Virus record (IMG/VR): IMGVR_UViG_3300032753_001573
Span: 1-64,000 of that record
Direction: 5' to 3' (one strand)
Length of the DNA: 64,000 bases
Source: a virus
In this document: positions 9,793 to 20,039 of the stretch, one piece after another
How positions within the stretch are numbered: position 1 is the first letter of the stretch
Layout: each line of letters opens with the position of its first letter
Notes under the pieces: model-generated
Database searches by the model: none
Seen by the model: the letters and a program-made list of their open reading frames with translations, nothing else
Told to the model about the DNA's origin: nothing
Position numbers and translations under genes: made by a program

Positions 9793-11370
9793 ATGCGATA
9801 TATAGATTTATTACCATTACATGAAAGCAGAGGATTTGCTGCAAGACGGCCGGGGGATGAGTTTGTTGATCCAAGTAATTCATCTGATATTGCAACATTT
9901 TTAGGTTTGACACTATTACCAAAAGACAACTTATCTTATGAAACTTTTGATGATTTAATGTCTGCGATAGACTCTTGGAAGAAAAAAACAAAAGGAACAT
10001 CATACGAATTAAACAAGCCTATAAAAAGCATGTTAGCTGCTATGATAGTTAATATGCAAACTGTGCGCGGTCTAGAGCATTATATTTTATACACTAAAGA
10101 TTTAAGTAATCTAATGGGTAAAATAACAAAAATTCCTGCAGGTGTGATACCCGGTCACGGTGGATATATTCTAAACAAAGACGTTAGTATAAGCGAACGT
10201 ATCGGATTAAAACCTTCTGATGTATTGACTTCAGAAAGACCAGTTGGTATAAACGCAGTAGCAAAACTACTAGGCAATGCTCGCAGTACAGCAGGCGATA
10301 AACCAGTTGATGAGATGCAAGGTTATCTAAAAGCATTAGCAGCCAACAAGGGATTGGGTTATATAATAAAAGGTGGTGCAGCCAATGCTAAATTACATCA
10401 AAAGTATTTGGGCGAATGGGCTAGTCCTATTGCGTTAATAACCGGACAATTTGAGCCAAAGTTACAATTGAAAGAAATTCAAGACAATATGACTGGCGGC
10501 GAAAGTCTAAAAAAAGGCATGATAATCTATAATACTGATATAAGCAACGCATTATTTGATAGCAGTGTAGTTGTTGGCGACTATACCATAATTATAAGTA
10601 CCAAAGCTAAAACAGGTGGTGCAGCCGCTAGCCTAAAAGGCTTGTATGATACAATATTAGAAAAAGCTGATAAATTTCCACCAAGCTATTGGCGCAAAAC
10701 TAAACCTAAAAAATTTAAAGAAATAGTATCAAACATTATGACAAAATCTGCTATAGATGGCGTTTTAGACACGGCAGAGATGGAAGGTATTATAACATCA
10801 GTTGACAAAGCTAGAATAACACAAGGATTAGCAAACGAATTTGCAAAGAATACATCGTTTAAACCCACTAGGACTTTGAATGACTATATGTCCCAATATG
10901 CAGCTAACTCTAACCATCCATCTTATAGTCTAGCAAAACATGCATTAGCAGCAGTGGTTCGTCAGTTGACCAATAAGTTAAATGACGAAGATTTTACCGA
11001 TGTAGTTAAACAAATTCTCAATCATGCTAATGTGGTACAAATGTATTTTAATGCTGTAGTAAAAGGTGAAGATTTACAGTGTAACGGATTTGATTTAGTT
11101 TGGCCTCCACAATTTGAAGGTAAAATAATGTTTTATGGCGGGAAGACATTTAGTGCTACCGAAATCAAAGGAAAACTTGGATTCAAAATTGGGAAGGTTA
11201 CACCAGCTGATGAGCCAGACGACAGCTTAGAATTTTCAGCAGCAGCTAAAAAAGCAGAAAAGAAAGCTGCAGATCTAGCTGTAGGTAGGATCACAAAGCC
11301 TGGTGAAAAAGACGTTCGCGATATAAAAGTATCTGACAAGATTGCACTGGGTAGAGCAAAGAAAAAGTAA
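9793..11370 (+). CDS. Hypothetical protein, probable internal head protein with possible PD-(D/E)xK-like core
   Basis: N-terminus MRYIDLLPLHES resembles a capsid-targeting/gp21 cleavage peptide; GE...PIAL and L.DS...ISTK...GA.AS motifs. Confidence 0.4.
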   Translation: MRYIDLLPLHESRGFAARRPGDEFVDPSNSSDIATFLGLTLLPKDNLSYETFDDLMSAIDSWKKKTKGTSYELNKPIKSMLAAMIVNMQTVRGLEHYILYTKDLSNLMGKITKIPAGVIPGHGGYILNKDVSISERIGLKPSDVLTSERPVGINAVAKLLGNARSTAGDKPVDEMQGYLKALAANKGLGYIIKGGAANAKLHQKYLGEWASPIALITGQFEPKLQLKEIQDNMTGGESLKKGMIIYNTDISNALFDSSVVVGDYTIIISTKAKTGGAAASLKGLYDTILEKADKFPPSYWRKTKPKKFKEIVSNIMTKSAIDGVLDTAEMEGIITSVDKARITQGLANEFAKNTSFKPTRTLNDYMSQYAANSNHPSYSLAKHALAAVVRQLTNKLNDEDFTDVVKQILNHANVVQMYFNAVVKGEDLQCNGFDLVWPPQFEGKIMFYGGKTFSATEIKGKLGFKIGKVTPADEPDDSLEFSAAAKKAEKKAADLAVGRITKPGEKDVRDIKVSDKIALGRAKKK

Positions 11371-11372
11371 TT

Positions 11373-12350
11373 TTATAATTTACGATTTAATGCATCTAGC
11401 ACTACTGCTTCAATGTCATCTACAGTGTTGCTTATTAAATGATTGTCTATAACGTATTGTCTAGCATTATCAAGCTTGTTCATATCGGGTGCTTGAAAGT
11501 TTCTAAGTAAATTGATTAGCTCGATGTCGTTTGTATAGGTTTGACCCCATGCGTTCAATAATGCTGCACCTGATCCGTGCCTTGCTATCCATGGTGTACG
11601 ATTTAGCATACTTTCCAGTACAACTGCGCCAAATCCTTCGACATAGCTGTGCATGAGATAGCAATCTGCTTCTAGTATAGCGCTGGTTACATCTGCTTTG
11701 TCCTCTATCATCAACGGAATGATGTTACTTGATGCTTTTGGCATGAGATTGCTGCGATTGTCGTAACCTGTAGTAACCAAAACTGCGTTATCTAAGTTAG
11801 CAGCTTTGAATACTTCTGTTAGCTCAATCATAGCCTTGTTTGGCCAATATCCTCCGCATGAAAGAAACATGCGTTTTGTTATACCATATTTTTCCTTAAA
11901 TCCGGGCTCGCCTGTGCTGCGATTTGCATCTATACCCACTCGCACATTAAATGCTTTTGATTTCACTCTGTGTTTGGCTATATAAACTTTATCTTCATGT
12001 GTACACCATCCTATATAGCTGCAATCTTGCAAAGCTTGAACACTTGTAGGACTTCCACTTGGCAATATGATCATGTATAGTATTGGATTTGGTATGTTTT
12101 TAGCATTGCTGAGCACAAAGTTTTGTACGTTAACATCTGCGCCATGTACTATGATTAAATCCCACTGCCTTAGCAGCCAATTGCCGTCGTTTGTGACATC
12201 TATCCCATCTTGATTACCTTGATGTTCTCCTGCTAATATAGCTACCTCATGACCTCGCTTTTTAGCTTCTTTAGCCATGTCATGTACAAATATTTCGCTA
12301 CCACCAGGATAGGGCCATGCTCTATGTACTACAAACAATAATCTTGCCAT
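11373..12350 (-). CDS. GT-B (GT4-like) glycosyltransferase
   Basis: PGGSE...A.....GHEV N-terminus; S..EGFG.V.LESM....P motif; AGGAG RBS before ATG 12350. Confidence 0.85.
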   Translation of the reverse strand: MARLLFVVHRAWPYPGGSEIFVHDMAKEAKKRGHEVAILAGEHQGNQDGIDVTNDGNWLLRQWDLIIVHGADVNVQNFVLSNAKNIPNPILYMIILPSGSPTSVQALQDCSYIGWCTHEDKVYIAKHRVKSKAFNVRVGIDANRSTGEPGFKEKYGITKRMFLSCGGYWPNKAMIELTEVFKAANLDNAVLVTTGYDNRSNLMPKASSNIIPLMIEDKADVTSAILEADCYLMHSYVEGFGAVVLESMLNRTPWIARHGSGAALLNAWGQTYTNDIELINLLRNFQAPDMNKLDNARQYVIDNHLISNTVDDIEAVVLDALNRKL

Positions 12351-12354
12351 ACGT

Positions 12355-12960
12355 TTAACTCCTAATATCGTGTTTATCAAACATAGCTCTTTCTACCAAA
12401 GAACAAATGATATGACCAACAGTTATGTGTATTTGCTGTATAAATGGTGTACGACTATCTGGTGCTTGAATTAATATATCGCACAAGTTGCTCATATTGC
12501 TTTGATTTGAACCAGTAAATCCTATGACTTTGATATTCATCTTTTTAGCAGCTTCTATTGCTTGTAGTATGCTAGGTGATTTACCAGAAGTTGATATTGC
12601 GATCAGTACATCACCTTGGCGACCCAATGCTCGAACTTGTCGTGCAAACACTTGATCATATCCGTAATCATTACCTACGGCTGTTAGTATGCTAGTGTCT
12701 GTAGTTAGAGCTATTGCTGGTAACGGGTCTCTATCAAACAAGAACCTAGAAACAAATTCTCCTGCTAGGTGTTGTGCATCTGCAGCACTACCGCCATTTC
12801 CTGCTAGCAGTAATTTGTTACCAACTTTGAATGCATCTATTATTGCGTTGGCAGACAAGCTAATAGAATCTATCAACTCTTTGTTAGCTAATGTTCTATC
12901 AAAGCTGTCTCGAGTGTCTGATAGATCTTTGATTATTTGATCTATATCTGAGACAACCAT
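12355..12960 (-). CDS. gmhA: Sedoheptulose-7-phosphate isomerase
   Basis: [34 protein letters not shown]...GH..C motifs. Confidence 0.95.
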   Translation of the reverse strand: MVVSDIDQIIKDLSDTRDSFDRTLANKELIDSISLSANAIIDAFKVGNKLLLAGNGGSAADAQHLAGEFVSRFLFDRDPLPAIALTTDTSILTAVGNDYGYDQVFARQVRALGRQGDVLIAISTSGKSPSILQAIEAAKKMNIKVIGFTGSNQSNMSNLCDILIQAPDSRTPFIQQIHITVGHIICSLVERAMFDKHDIRS

Positions 12961-13967
12961 GCTTCTGCTCCTTGATGCGATATAGTTATGTTATCTGGTT
13001 CGCCGCCTGCTGCTCGTAGCGCAGACCACAACCTAACCCTATCATTTGGTTTCACTAGGAATATGATATATCCGCCGCCACCTGCACCAGAAATCTTGCC
13101 TGCAATAGCACCGTTATCAAACCCAGTTTGCAGCAGAGAATCTATAAGTTCATTGCTGACATTTTTACTGGTTGATTTCTTAGCTTGCCAACTTTTGTTT
13201 AAAATATCTGCAGCTTGTGATATGTTGCCTCTTAGCAATGACATCTTCATAGAAAATGCGTCAAGTTTTAGCTGATGCATATTGGATATGTTTGACTTCA
13301 TATTTTTCAATTGATCGTTGATCACTGTGTCGCTAGCCCTAGATCTACCACTGTAACATATCATAATTGAGCTTTCAATATCTTTTTGTGTGCTATCAGA
13401 TAAGTTTAATGGGTTCACTATAACTTTGTCATTTGCATAGAATTCAATAAAATTAGCTCCGCCAAATGCTGCTGCATAATGATCTTGTTTACCACCTGCT
13501 AGTTTGAGGTCTATTCTCTCTATTTCGTATGCAGTGTGTGCTACATCATATCTGCCCAACGGTAGATCAAGTGCATATCTAAACAATTCAACTAATGCAA
13601 CAGTTAATGCAGAAGATGCACCTAATCCTGATCCAGGCTTAGCATCTATGTATGTGTTTATTTTGGCACCAAAAGGTTGACCCTCGCGCCACTGCTGTAT
13701 TATGTGATTGTAAACACCGCAATGTAATTTTAGGTCCCCATCTGTTGGTAGCAAGTCTAATGGATACCTGTCAAATATACCCAAGTCGTCCGCTTGTATT
13801 TCAACAAATGGCTCGTCAATTAATTTCATAGATGCATGTGCAAATCTATTGACAGCAATATTAACTATTGCGCCACCATGGATATCACAATAGCTAGATA
13901 AATCAGTGCCACCACCAGCTAATCCCAACCTCAACGGTGCCCTTGACCTAAATGTGCTTTCCATCAA
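12942..13967 (-). CDS. hddA: D-glycero-alpha-D-manno-heptose-7-phosphate kinase (GHMP family)
   Basis: [45 protein letters not shown]. Confidence 0.92.
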   Translation of the reverse strand: MMESTFRSRAPLRLGLAGGGTDLSSYCDIHGGAIVNIAVNRFAHASMKLIDEPFVEIQADDLGIFDRYPLDLLPTDGDLKLHCGVYNHIIQQWREGQPFGAKINTYIDAKPGSGLGASSALTVALVELFRYALDLPLGRYDVAHTAYEIERIDLKLAGGKQDHYAAAFGGANFIEFYANDKVIVNPLNLSDSTQKDIESSIMICYSGRSRASDTVINDQLKNMKSNISNMHQLKLDAFSMKMSLLRGNISQAADILNKSWQAKKSTSKNVSNELIDSLLQTGFDNGAIAGKISGAGGGGYIIFLVKPNDRVRLWSALRAAGGEPDNITISHQGAEAWLSQI

Positions 13968-14929
13968 AGAATCTTTCTTAGCTCTGCTATATGATCATGA
14001 TAAAATGATTCGTTAGTTATGTCGCTGTAAAAGTTATTGTTATCTAACTTCATCTTCTGCATGTTGCGATGATTGAATAGTTCAGCACCTTCTCTATCTC
14101 GCTGTACCATAACTGTGCCGCCTCCCCATTTATGATATTGGTTGGGCAATCCTTTGCTGAATGGTCCAAACGGCATAAATCCATACGGTACATTTGGATC
14201 AGAGTGATAATTTACTCTGTAGAACGGCATACCTTTAGTATGTGCAATCCTTTGCCATGCGAATTTAAATGTTTCTTTATCTCCGCCAAAATGGTAATAG
14301 ATTTCGCAATTGTCTGCGTAATATTTCAGTAAGCCAAATTCAACAGGACATTGATTCTTGTTGATTACCAATTGGCCCGCTTCTATAGCTTCAGCATCAT
14401 TTATTGGTATATTGAATATAGGCCACATGGGACTATTATCTGCATATTGGTTAGCAGAATCGGTGCTTATCATTTCTCGCCATAACAATATACCTTTGTT
14501 TAAATATTCGTCATCGTTAAACAAGAATGATGGATCTCGCAGTGGGTAATTATCACTATCTATCCATAGGTTCTCAGCATAAGTGCTTTCTAACAATGCA
14601 TATATCTTGCAAGCCCAACCGTGCTTGTGCCCATAACGACTGATAAAATCTTTTGGATTTCCTTTAATTTCTTTGACATATATTTGATTTGTTATTACTG
14701 ATGCTAATAGATCTATTTGAGATTGATTTAATTCGCCAGTGCGATAAAATATTTCTATAGGTAGACTGCAGTTAAATCTCTTTAATTCTTTCAGCAATAC
14801 CCACACTGTTGGTAATGCAGAACTATAACATGTAGTAACTATACTACAACCTTCATTGTATTGTTTAGGCGTGTGTCTACTTAGGAAATCGTGTTCCTTG
14901 TTGTATAAATCATTTAAGTTGATCTGCAT
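13964..14929 (-). CDS. Mnn2/GT71-like alpha-mannosyltransferase-family glycosyltransferase
   Basis: LPIEIFY, K..ALL.S.....L..DSDN.P..DP..LF, E.GQLV.NK, GDKETF..AW. Confidence 0.8.
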   Translation of the reverse strand: MQINLNDLYNKEHDFLSRHTPKQYNEGCSIVTTCYSSALPTVWVLLKELKRFNCSLPIEIFYRTGELNQSQIDLLASVITNQIYVKEIKGNPKDFISRYGHKHGWACKIYALLESTYAENLWIDSDNYPLRDPSFLFNDDEYLNKGILLWREMISTDSANQYADNSPMWPIFNIPINDAEAIEAGQLVINKNQCPVEFGLLKYYADNCEIYYHFGGDKETFKFAWQRIAHTKGMPFYRVNYHSDPNVPYGFMPFGPFSKGLPNQYHKWGGGTVMVQRDREGAELFNHRNMQKMKLDNNNFYSDITNESFYHDHIAELRKIL

Positions 14930-16104
14930 CAGTCAACCATCCTGTTAAATTTGTCTAGCAAGTGCTGATTTACAACTAGATCTTCAACCTTGCCTTTGAA
15001 ATGATCTCTACTCCAACTCCAGTTGGTGTTCATTGACATATAGTGTGCATAAAACATTTGATCGCTTTCAATCATTGGTCCATTGATGTGATGCACCAAC
15101 CATTGCTGATTGATATTGTTTTGACTAGGCATGAGCAACCATTTGTAACCTATACCTATCTTGTTATTGTCGTCTGTGCAATAATAATCTTTGAATCGTC
15201 GATGTTCAAATGGTACAGTATTTGCTGATTCCTTGTTGACAATGTCATATGGTTCAATCCATATGCCGCGATATCGTATACATTGGCAACTGTTGTTATT
15301 CCTGAGAAATTCTGCTATATCTCTGAGATTAATGCCTTTGGTAACAACTAGCTCGTCAACATCATTATTAAGTACCAAAGACGAACCACTAAGATATCTC
15401 CACTTAGCGTGCTCTAACATAACATACTGACCGTAGTCACTATCCCAGGGTGCAAAATCGCTACCTTGTGGACCGTATGGATAAGGCCAAGATACAACTC
15501 TAACTTTGGCTTTTGTCTTCGATAATGCAGCTTCTAGCTCATTTAGAGAATATTTGGTGCTACCGTTGTCATATATCAAGAATCCGCCTACACCCATAAC
15601 TTCACTGTGATACCTAATCCATTGTGTTATCCAACTTATTGGATTGTCCTTCTGCAGTGTAACCATAACCGGTATACCGTTAAATTGCCCATCGTTGTGA
15701 TTGATTTTGATTTCAGTACGCTCAGTGTTGGTAACTAAGTAGATCTTTTCTAATTCTTCTGATACTGTTACTATGGTATAGCAAACTCTATCTAATTCAG
15801 CAAACCTAAACGACAATTTTGTTCCATTGTTGGTTTCAAATGTAGCGTTATTTTGCAACCAATCTTTAGTACCATATAGCGGTGCACCTATTAGTAGCAC
15901 AGTACTTGGATTAAGTTGTGTAGCATCATACCAAAGATTGTCCCAGTCAAAATTATCATCAAATTTCATACCACCGCAATAGTCTATTCTAAGGTGAGGA
16001 GGTCTAGCAGGTTCTCTCTTGAATCCCCATGCTAATGGATACTTAATTGTAGACGGAATATCTAGCATATTATATGGCCTTTGTTTAACTGTATCTTGTT
16101 TCAA
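14929..16104 (-). CDS. GT-A-type glycosyltransferase (GT2/GT92-like); start uncertain
   Basis: W..YH....G....LIYDNGS, W.YPYG, N.DVDELV motifs. Confidence 0.7.
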   Translation of the reverse strand: MKQDTVKQRPYNMLDIPSTIKYPLAWGFKREPARPPHLRIDYCGGMKFDDNFDWDNLWYDATQLNPSTVLLIGAPLYGTKDWLQNNATFETNNGTKLSFRFAELDRVCYTIVTVSEELEKIYLVTNTERTEIKINHNDGQFNGIPVMVTLQKDNPISWITQWIRYHSEVMGVGGFLIYDNGSTKYSLNELEAALSKTKAKVRVVSWPYPYGPQGSDFAPWDSDYGQYVMLEHAKWRYLSGSSLVLNNDVDELVVTKGINLRDIAEFLRNNNSCQCIRYRGIWIEPYDIVNKESANTVPFEHRRFKDYYCTDDNNKIGIGYKWLLMPSQNNINQQWLVHHINGPMIESDQMFYAHYMSMNTNWSWSRDHFKGKVEDLVVNQHLLDKFNRMVD

Positions 16105-16930
16105 TTACTGTTTTCCATTCGGGTATTCTATCATACTGATGCAGTACCGCATGTCTTACACCTTTTGAAGTACATGCATACCCGTCTACCCACGTTGGTT
16201 GAGGTTCCAAAAGGTTTGGTGCAAAATTAGCAATCTTGAGAGGATCAACCGTTGTTCCAGCTTGACAAGCCCAACCGTCTTCGCTCATAGTAAACTTTGT
16301 TATGCTCTTATAGGGTTCGTGATTTAATAGAACATTATATGCAGCTTGATCTGGATTTAGAACTTGATTACCAGTACACATATTGTAAATCACTAGCCAT
16401 AAATCTCGCATTATTTCTGGAACACCTGCTTGTACTCCGCAGTTCCATATGGGTTGATCTTTTAGTTTATCATATACCATGGGAAAGCTATTAGCTATAT
16501 TTTCGTTACCCCAAGGTTCGTCGCAGTATTTTAAACTTTCGCAACTGGCTAATATTTTAGCATCTCCCATGTTGGCAGTAAGCCAATCGCTTGGGTTAGT
16601 TTGAAACACTACATCTTTAACGTCTGTATGAATAAGATATCTATATTTGTCTAGATCCATAGTGGAAAAGAATCTATATAAGTCTGCAAATCTCTGTACA
16701 ACTATTACAAACCTATTTGGATAAAATAGCGTGCCGGTGTTAGGATCTTGATTGAACGCAAACAGTTGGAATTTTTTCTCAGCTAACTTCTTAACAGTTT
16801 CGATATCACTGTTATAGATAACCATAACCTTGTCGCCAGTAAATCCGCAATGATCTATGCTATTAACCCAATAGCGTATCTTGTCCCAATCATAATTACT
16901 GTAGCAACCTACTATCAGATCTTTTTTCAT
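16085..16930 (-). CDS. Putative GT-A glycosyltransferase
   Basis: RF, TDV.DV.FQ.NP (DxxD), N.G...G, DQA..N, HQYDR motifs. Confidence 0.65.
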   Translation of the reverse strand: MKKDLIVGCYSNYDWDKIRYWVNSIDHCGFTGDKVMVIYNSDIETVKKLAEKKFQLFAFNQDPNTGTLFYPNRFVIVVQRFADLYRFFSTMDLDKYRYLIHTDVKDVVFQTNPSDWLTANMGDAKILASCESLKYCDEPWGNENIANSFPMVYDKLKDQPIWNCGVQAGVPEIMRDLWLVIYNMCTGNQVLNPDQAAYNVLLNHEPYKSITKFTMSEDGWACQAGTTVDPLKIANFAPNLLEPQPTWVDGYACTSKGVRHAVLHQYDRIPEWKTVIETRYS

Positions 16931-16972
16931 GCAAGGTATCCAGAGTATATTTCTGATTGTACCTTATCACGG

Positions 16973-17725
16973 TTAAATGTTGCAATCTAAATCTAAATAA
17001 TAGCTAGCTCTTAATGAGCACATGAGTTTTAATACATTGTGTGCATTTTTACTTTGCATTATAGCAGTTATCTCTTTAGCCGTCTTGCTATCGTCTTTTA
17101 TTGTTTGTAGACTTTGTATGTGTTCTCTAATAGCTTGCCAATCTTTACGAGGCCATTTGGGATTAGAAAAATAACCCAATGCTTTGAACCAGCGCATGAT
17201 CAAATGTGGGTCGTTTGGTATATTTTCAGCAGTTGACGGATTAAACCTTATGATTTGGTTAGCTAAATCTTCTAGTCCTCCGACATAATCATATATTCTA
17301 CCGTTAAGATCCATGCTGAGACTGTTGATAGTTAAGTCTCTATGCAGTGCATCTTGCTCCCAGCTATTCCTGCGGGTTATCTTTATTTGATCGTCTACTA
17401 TTGATAGTTTGTAAGAGATGCTGGTTATGTCTATTTTATCGTCGCCAAATTTAGCTTTGATAGTACCGTGACTGATACCTTTTGAATCAAATTCAATACC
17501 TTCAAGTTGCAACATGTATATTAGTTCGCTGGGATCGGCATTGGTTGCAAAATCTACATCTCTAGGAGGATGTTGGAGCAAGAAATCTCTAACTGCTCCA
17601 CCAACTACCCTAATGTCAAATCCGTATCGTCTTATGATATTAATGATACGTTTGATATCAGGAGTGAAAACTTTTTCAAACTCTACACGATCGATATCTT
17701 TGATATGTTCTTCTTCTCTTAACAT
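16973..17725 (-). CDS. Class II nucleotidyltransferase (CCA-adding/poly(A) polymerase family), short and divergent
   Basis: VGGAVRD.LL...P.DVDFAT, HGT, D...RD.TIN, D..GG..DL motifs. Confidence 0.85.
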   Translation of the reverse strand: MLREEEHIKDIDRVEFEKVFTPDIKRIINIIRRYGFDIRVVGGAVRDFLLQHPPRDVDFATNADPSELIYMLQLEGIEFDSKGISHGTIKAKFGDDKIDITSISYKLSIVDDQIKITRRNSWEQDALHRDLTINSLSMDLNGRIYDYVGGLEDLANQIIRFNPSTAENIPNDPHLIMRWFKALGYFSNPKWPRKDWQAIREHIQSLQTIKDDSKTAKEITAIMQSKNAHNVLKLMCSLRASYYLDLDCNI

Positions 17726-17736
17726 CTAAATATTTA

Positions 17737-19380
17737 TTAGAGACTCAAACGCCATTCGCCTTGCTTGTAACTACTATCTATGTATTCGGCCCATTCTCCA
17801 TTTAGCCAAATTAATAATTTGCTGTTGAACCCGTTTATTAGATATTGAGTAGTGCTTATGTTAGACACAGAATCAAAGCTAACATTCCATCTCTGTCCAT
17901 CAAACTCTATTATATCATTGGCGTTTGCATTAATAGAACCCCAAGCTTGAGTAGACCCTCCGATTTTATCTAAAAGCAAGTAATACTGTCCTTGCGTAGC
18001 GGTTGGTAGTCCAAAACCTGGTCCTGACTTATTTGGATTAATTATTGCATTGATATTTGGTAATGTTGAAGACGGTAAACTTTGACTGTCGATAGTCCAT
18101 GTGATTAAATTTTGGTCAGTTGGATCTAAATCTATCCAACCAACTATGTCTAAATCTGGATTATCAATATCTATAACTATCCTAAGTTGACTAGCATTTG
18201 ATCCAAATTGCGAATATGGCTTCAATGTGCCATATAGGTCAAAAAGGTTCCTCCAACTTAATGTACCTCCAGGGTATGTTATAGGTAAAAGTCCCATATC
18301 TTCTACAGGTGTACCAACTATGTCAGAGAAAACATTATTGCCGCCTGCTTTGTTACTGAATTTAATATATTCATAATTGAATATCTCGCATTCGTTTAGC
18401 GTACTAGCTAAGGCAGACTTACATGCTGATACTACGCCTAGTAAACTTGTATCGGTAATGTTAACTACTGCTCCATTGAAACTGAAACTAGTTCCAGTAG
18501 TAAAAATTGGATTTGCTTTGGTTATGTTTTCAGTTGGTTCAACATATGGAGAAATAATACTACCAGAGTTGGTCCTTAAGCTAATACTATACGTATTGCC
18601 GTTCCATGTTAGAGCGATATGTCTATTACCTGGCGTAGTTATTTTCCTGCTATAAAATTCATATTCGCTCCAATCCCATTGCTCTGGAACTTCTTTAATA
18701 CCAGAAATGATGTTAGTTATAATCTCTTGTATGATAACTTGCTTTTTGACTTTAGCAGGAGGATTTATCCATATTGGCGTTTTGAATCTGAGAGTTGTAA
18801 CTTCGATTGGATTATCGGTGCCAATAGGTATGCTTCTACTAGACCAATTGATATCTTCCATTTCTATTAAACTTATAGTTGACCAATCTAGTGGATTCAC
18901 ACTTGTTTGTAGCTCTACGCTGGGATTAAACAGCATGAGTATCTGTTCTAATATTTGTTCTTTTATTTGTAAATTATTGCTCCATATATCTACTTGCATT
19001 GAGAGATCATATGGTACTGGCATATACCTTTCAACTAAGTATCTGTTACCAACAGTCTGTAGATATCTGTTGTTTTCCGCATCGTATTCGCGTTCGTCAA
19101 CTCTGATCTTACCCACAAATGTAGGATCTTGTCTCCTAGATGCATTCATTGCTAACCCACTTACGGTGCAAGTGATAAATGGTGCCGGTGGCACTTTGTT
19201 TTCTGAATTACCTGAAACAATAGATGCTGCCATCCTGCTTGCATCGCCATATATACACGGTACTTGACTTAGTGTTGTAGTACCCGTACTATCTGGACCT
19301 GTTTGTACAGAGAAATTTGAAAAAGCCCTTATGAATTGAAGCCTGTAGTTCCTTAATTGTCCTGTGTACCAAAATTGCAT
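17737..19380 (-). CDS. gp15: Tail terminator/sheath stabiliser (T4 gp15-like) with C-terminal extension
   Basis: F.Y..Q.R....QF.R.FS, VP..YG, PVPY.L...VDIW..N...K.QILEQI..LFNP. Confidence 0.85.
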   Translation of the reverse strand: MQFWYTGQLRNYRLQFIRAFSNFSVQTGPDSTGTTTLSQVPCIYGDASRMAASIVSGNSENKVPPAPFITCTVSGLAMNASRRQDPTFVGKIRVDEREYDAENNRYLQTVGNRYLVERYMPVPYDLSMQVDIWSNNLQIKEQILEQILMLFNPSVELQTSVNPLDWSTISLIEMEDINWSSRSIPIGTDNPIEVTTLRFKTPIWINPPAKVKKQVIIQEIITNIISGIKEVPEQWDWSEYEFYSRKITTPGNRHIALTWNGNTYSISLRTNSGSIISPYVEPTENITKANPIFTTGTSFSFNGAVVNITDTSLLGVVSACKSALASTLNECEIFNYEYIKFSNKAGGNNVFSDIVGTPVEDMGLLPITYPGGTLSWRNLFDLYGTLKPYSQFGSNASQLRIVIDIDNPDLDIVGWIDLDPTDQNLITWTIDSQSLPSSTLPNINAIINPNKSGPGFGLPTATQGQYYLLLDKIGGSTQAWGSINANANDIIEFDGQRWNVSFDSVSNISTTQYLINGFNSKLLIWLNGEWAEYIDSSYKQGEWRLSL

Positions 19381-19397
19381 TATTATTCCTTCTGCGA

Positions 19398-20033
19398 TTA
19401 GGATGCTAGAATACTTAACGCCCTATGATATCTTTGCATCCTATCGGCAAGTCCGTTATAGCCGCCGTTGATCCTGCGAGTAACTTCTCTAATGTTTTCT
19501 GTATCGCTCCATTCGTTTAGAGCTCTAGTGGTCCAATACCAACCGGCAGAGCCCATAGCACCGTCTGTAGTTGTTAGCAGATCCGGATTATCTAAAAGTC
19601 TAGTGTCACCGTATAGTGCTTGACTACATTCAGCATAATTATCCTTACCGGTAATCTGCAGTATGCCACGACCGCGATATCTCCATCCGTCTCCCGATTC
19701 TTCGTCGCCATTTCCCATTCTACCACCGTAGACTCTATTAGCGATCTTTTCTGGCTGATTGGCGTATTCATTTACACTAACATCTCTAAAATAGCGAGGA
19801 AACACTTCTTCTAGTGTAGTAGCGCGATAGTTTAGGTTTTCTTCAAGCTCTCTGTAATCGACACTCTCATGACTGGTTTGTGCAAGGAACATTGCAACTC
19901 TTTTAACAGAAGTTACACCAAATGCAGGTAATAAGTTGCCCATGCTTGCAAACCATAAATTTGCATCTTGCAAATTTGGTATACAGGATATTAACTTGTC
20001 TTCAGTGAAATCAAAATCAAAACTCATAGTCAT
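19398..20033 (-). CDS. GH19 (chitinase-like) endolysin
   Basis: FLAQ..HES, ENLNY, ANRVY..RMGN, DG..YRGRG..QITG..NY, T..INGG.NGL.DR. Confidence 0.9.
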   Translation of the reverse strand: MTMSFDFDFTEDKLISCIPNLQDANLWFASMGNLLPAFGVTSVKRVAMFLAQTSHESVDYRELEENLNYRATTLEEVFPRYFRDVSVNEYANQPEKIANRVYGGRMGNGDEESGDGWRYRGRGILQITGKDNYAECSQALYGDTRLLDNPDLLTTTDGAMGSAGWYWTTRALNEWSDTENIREVTRRINGGYNGLADRMQRYHRALSILAS

Positions 20034-20039
20034 TTCTCC

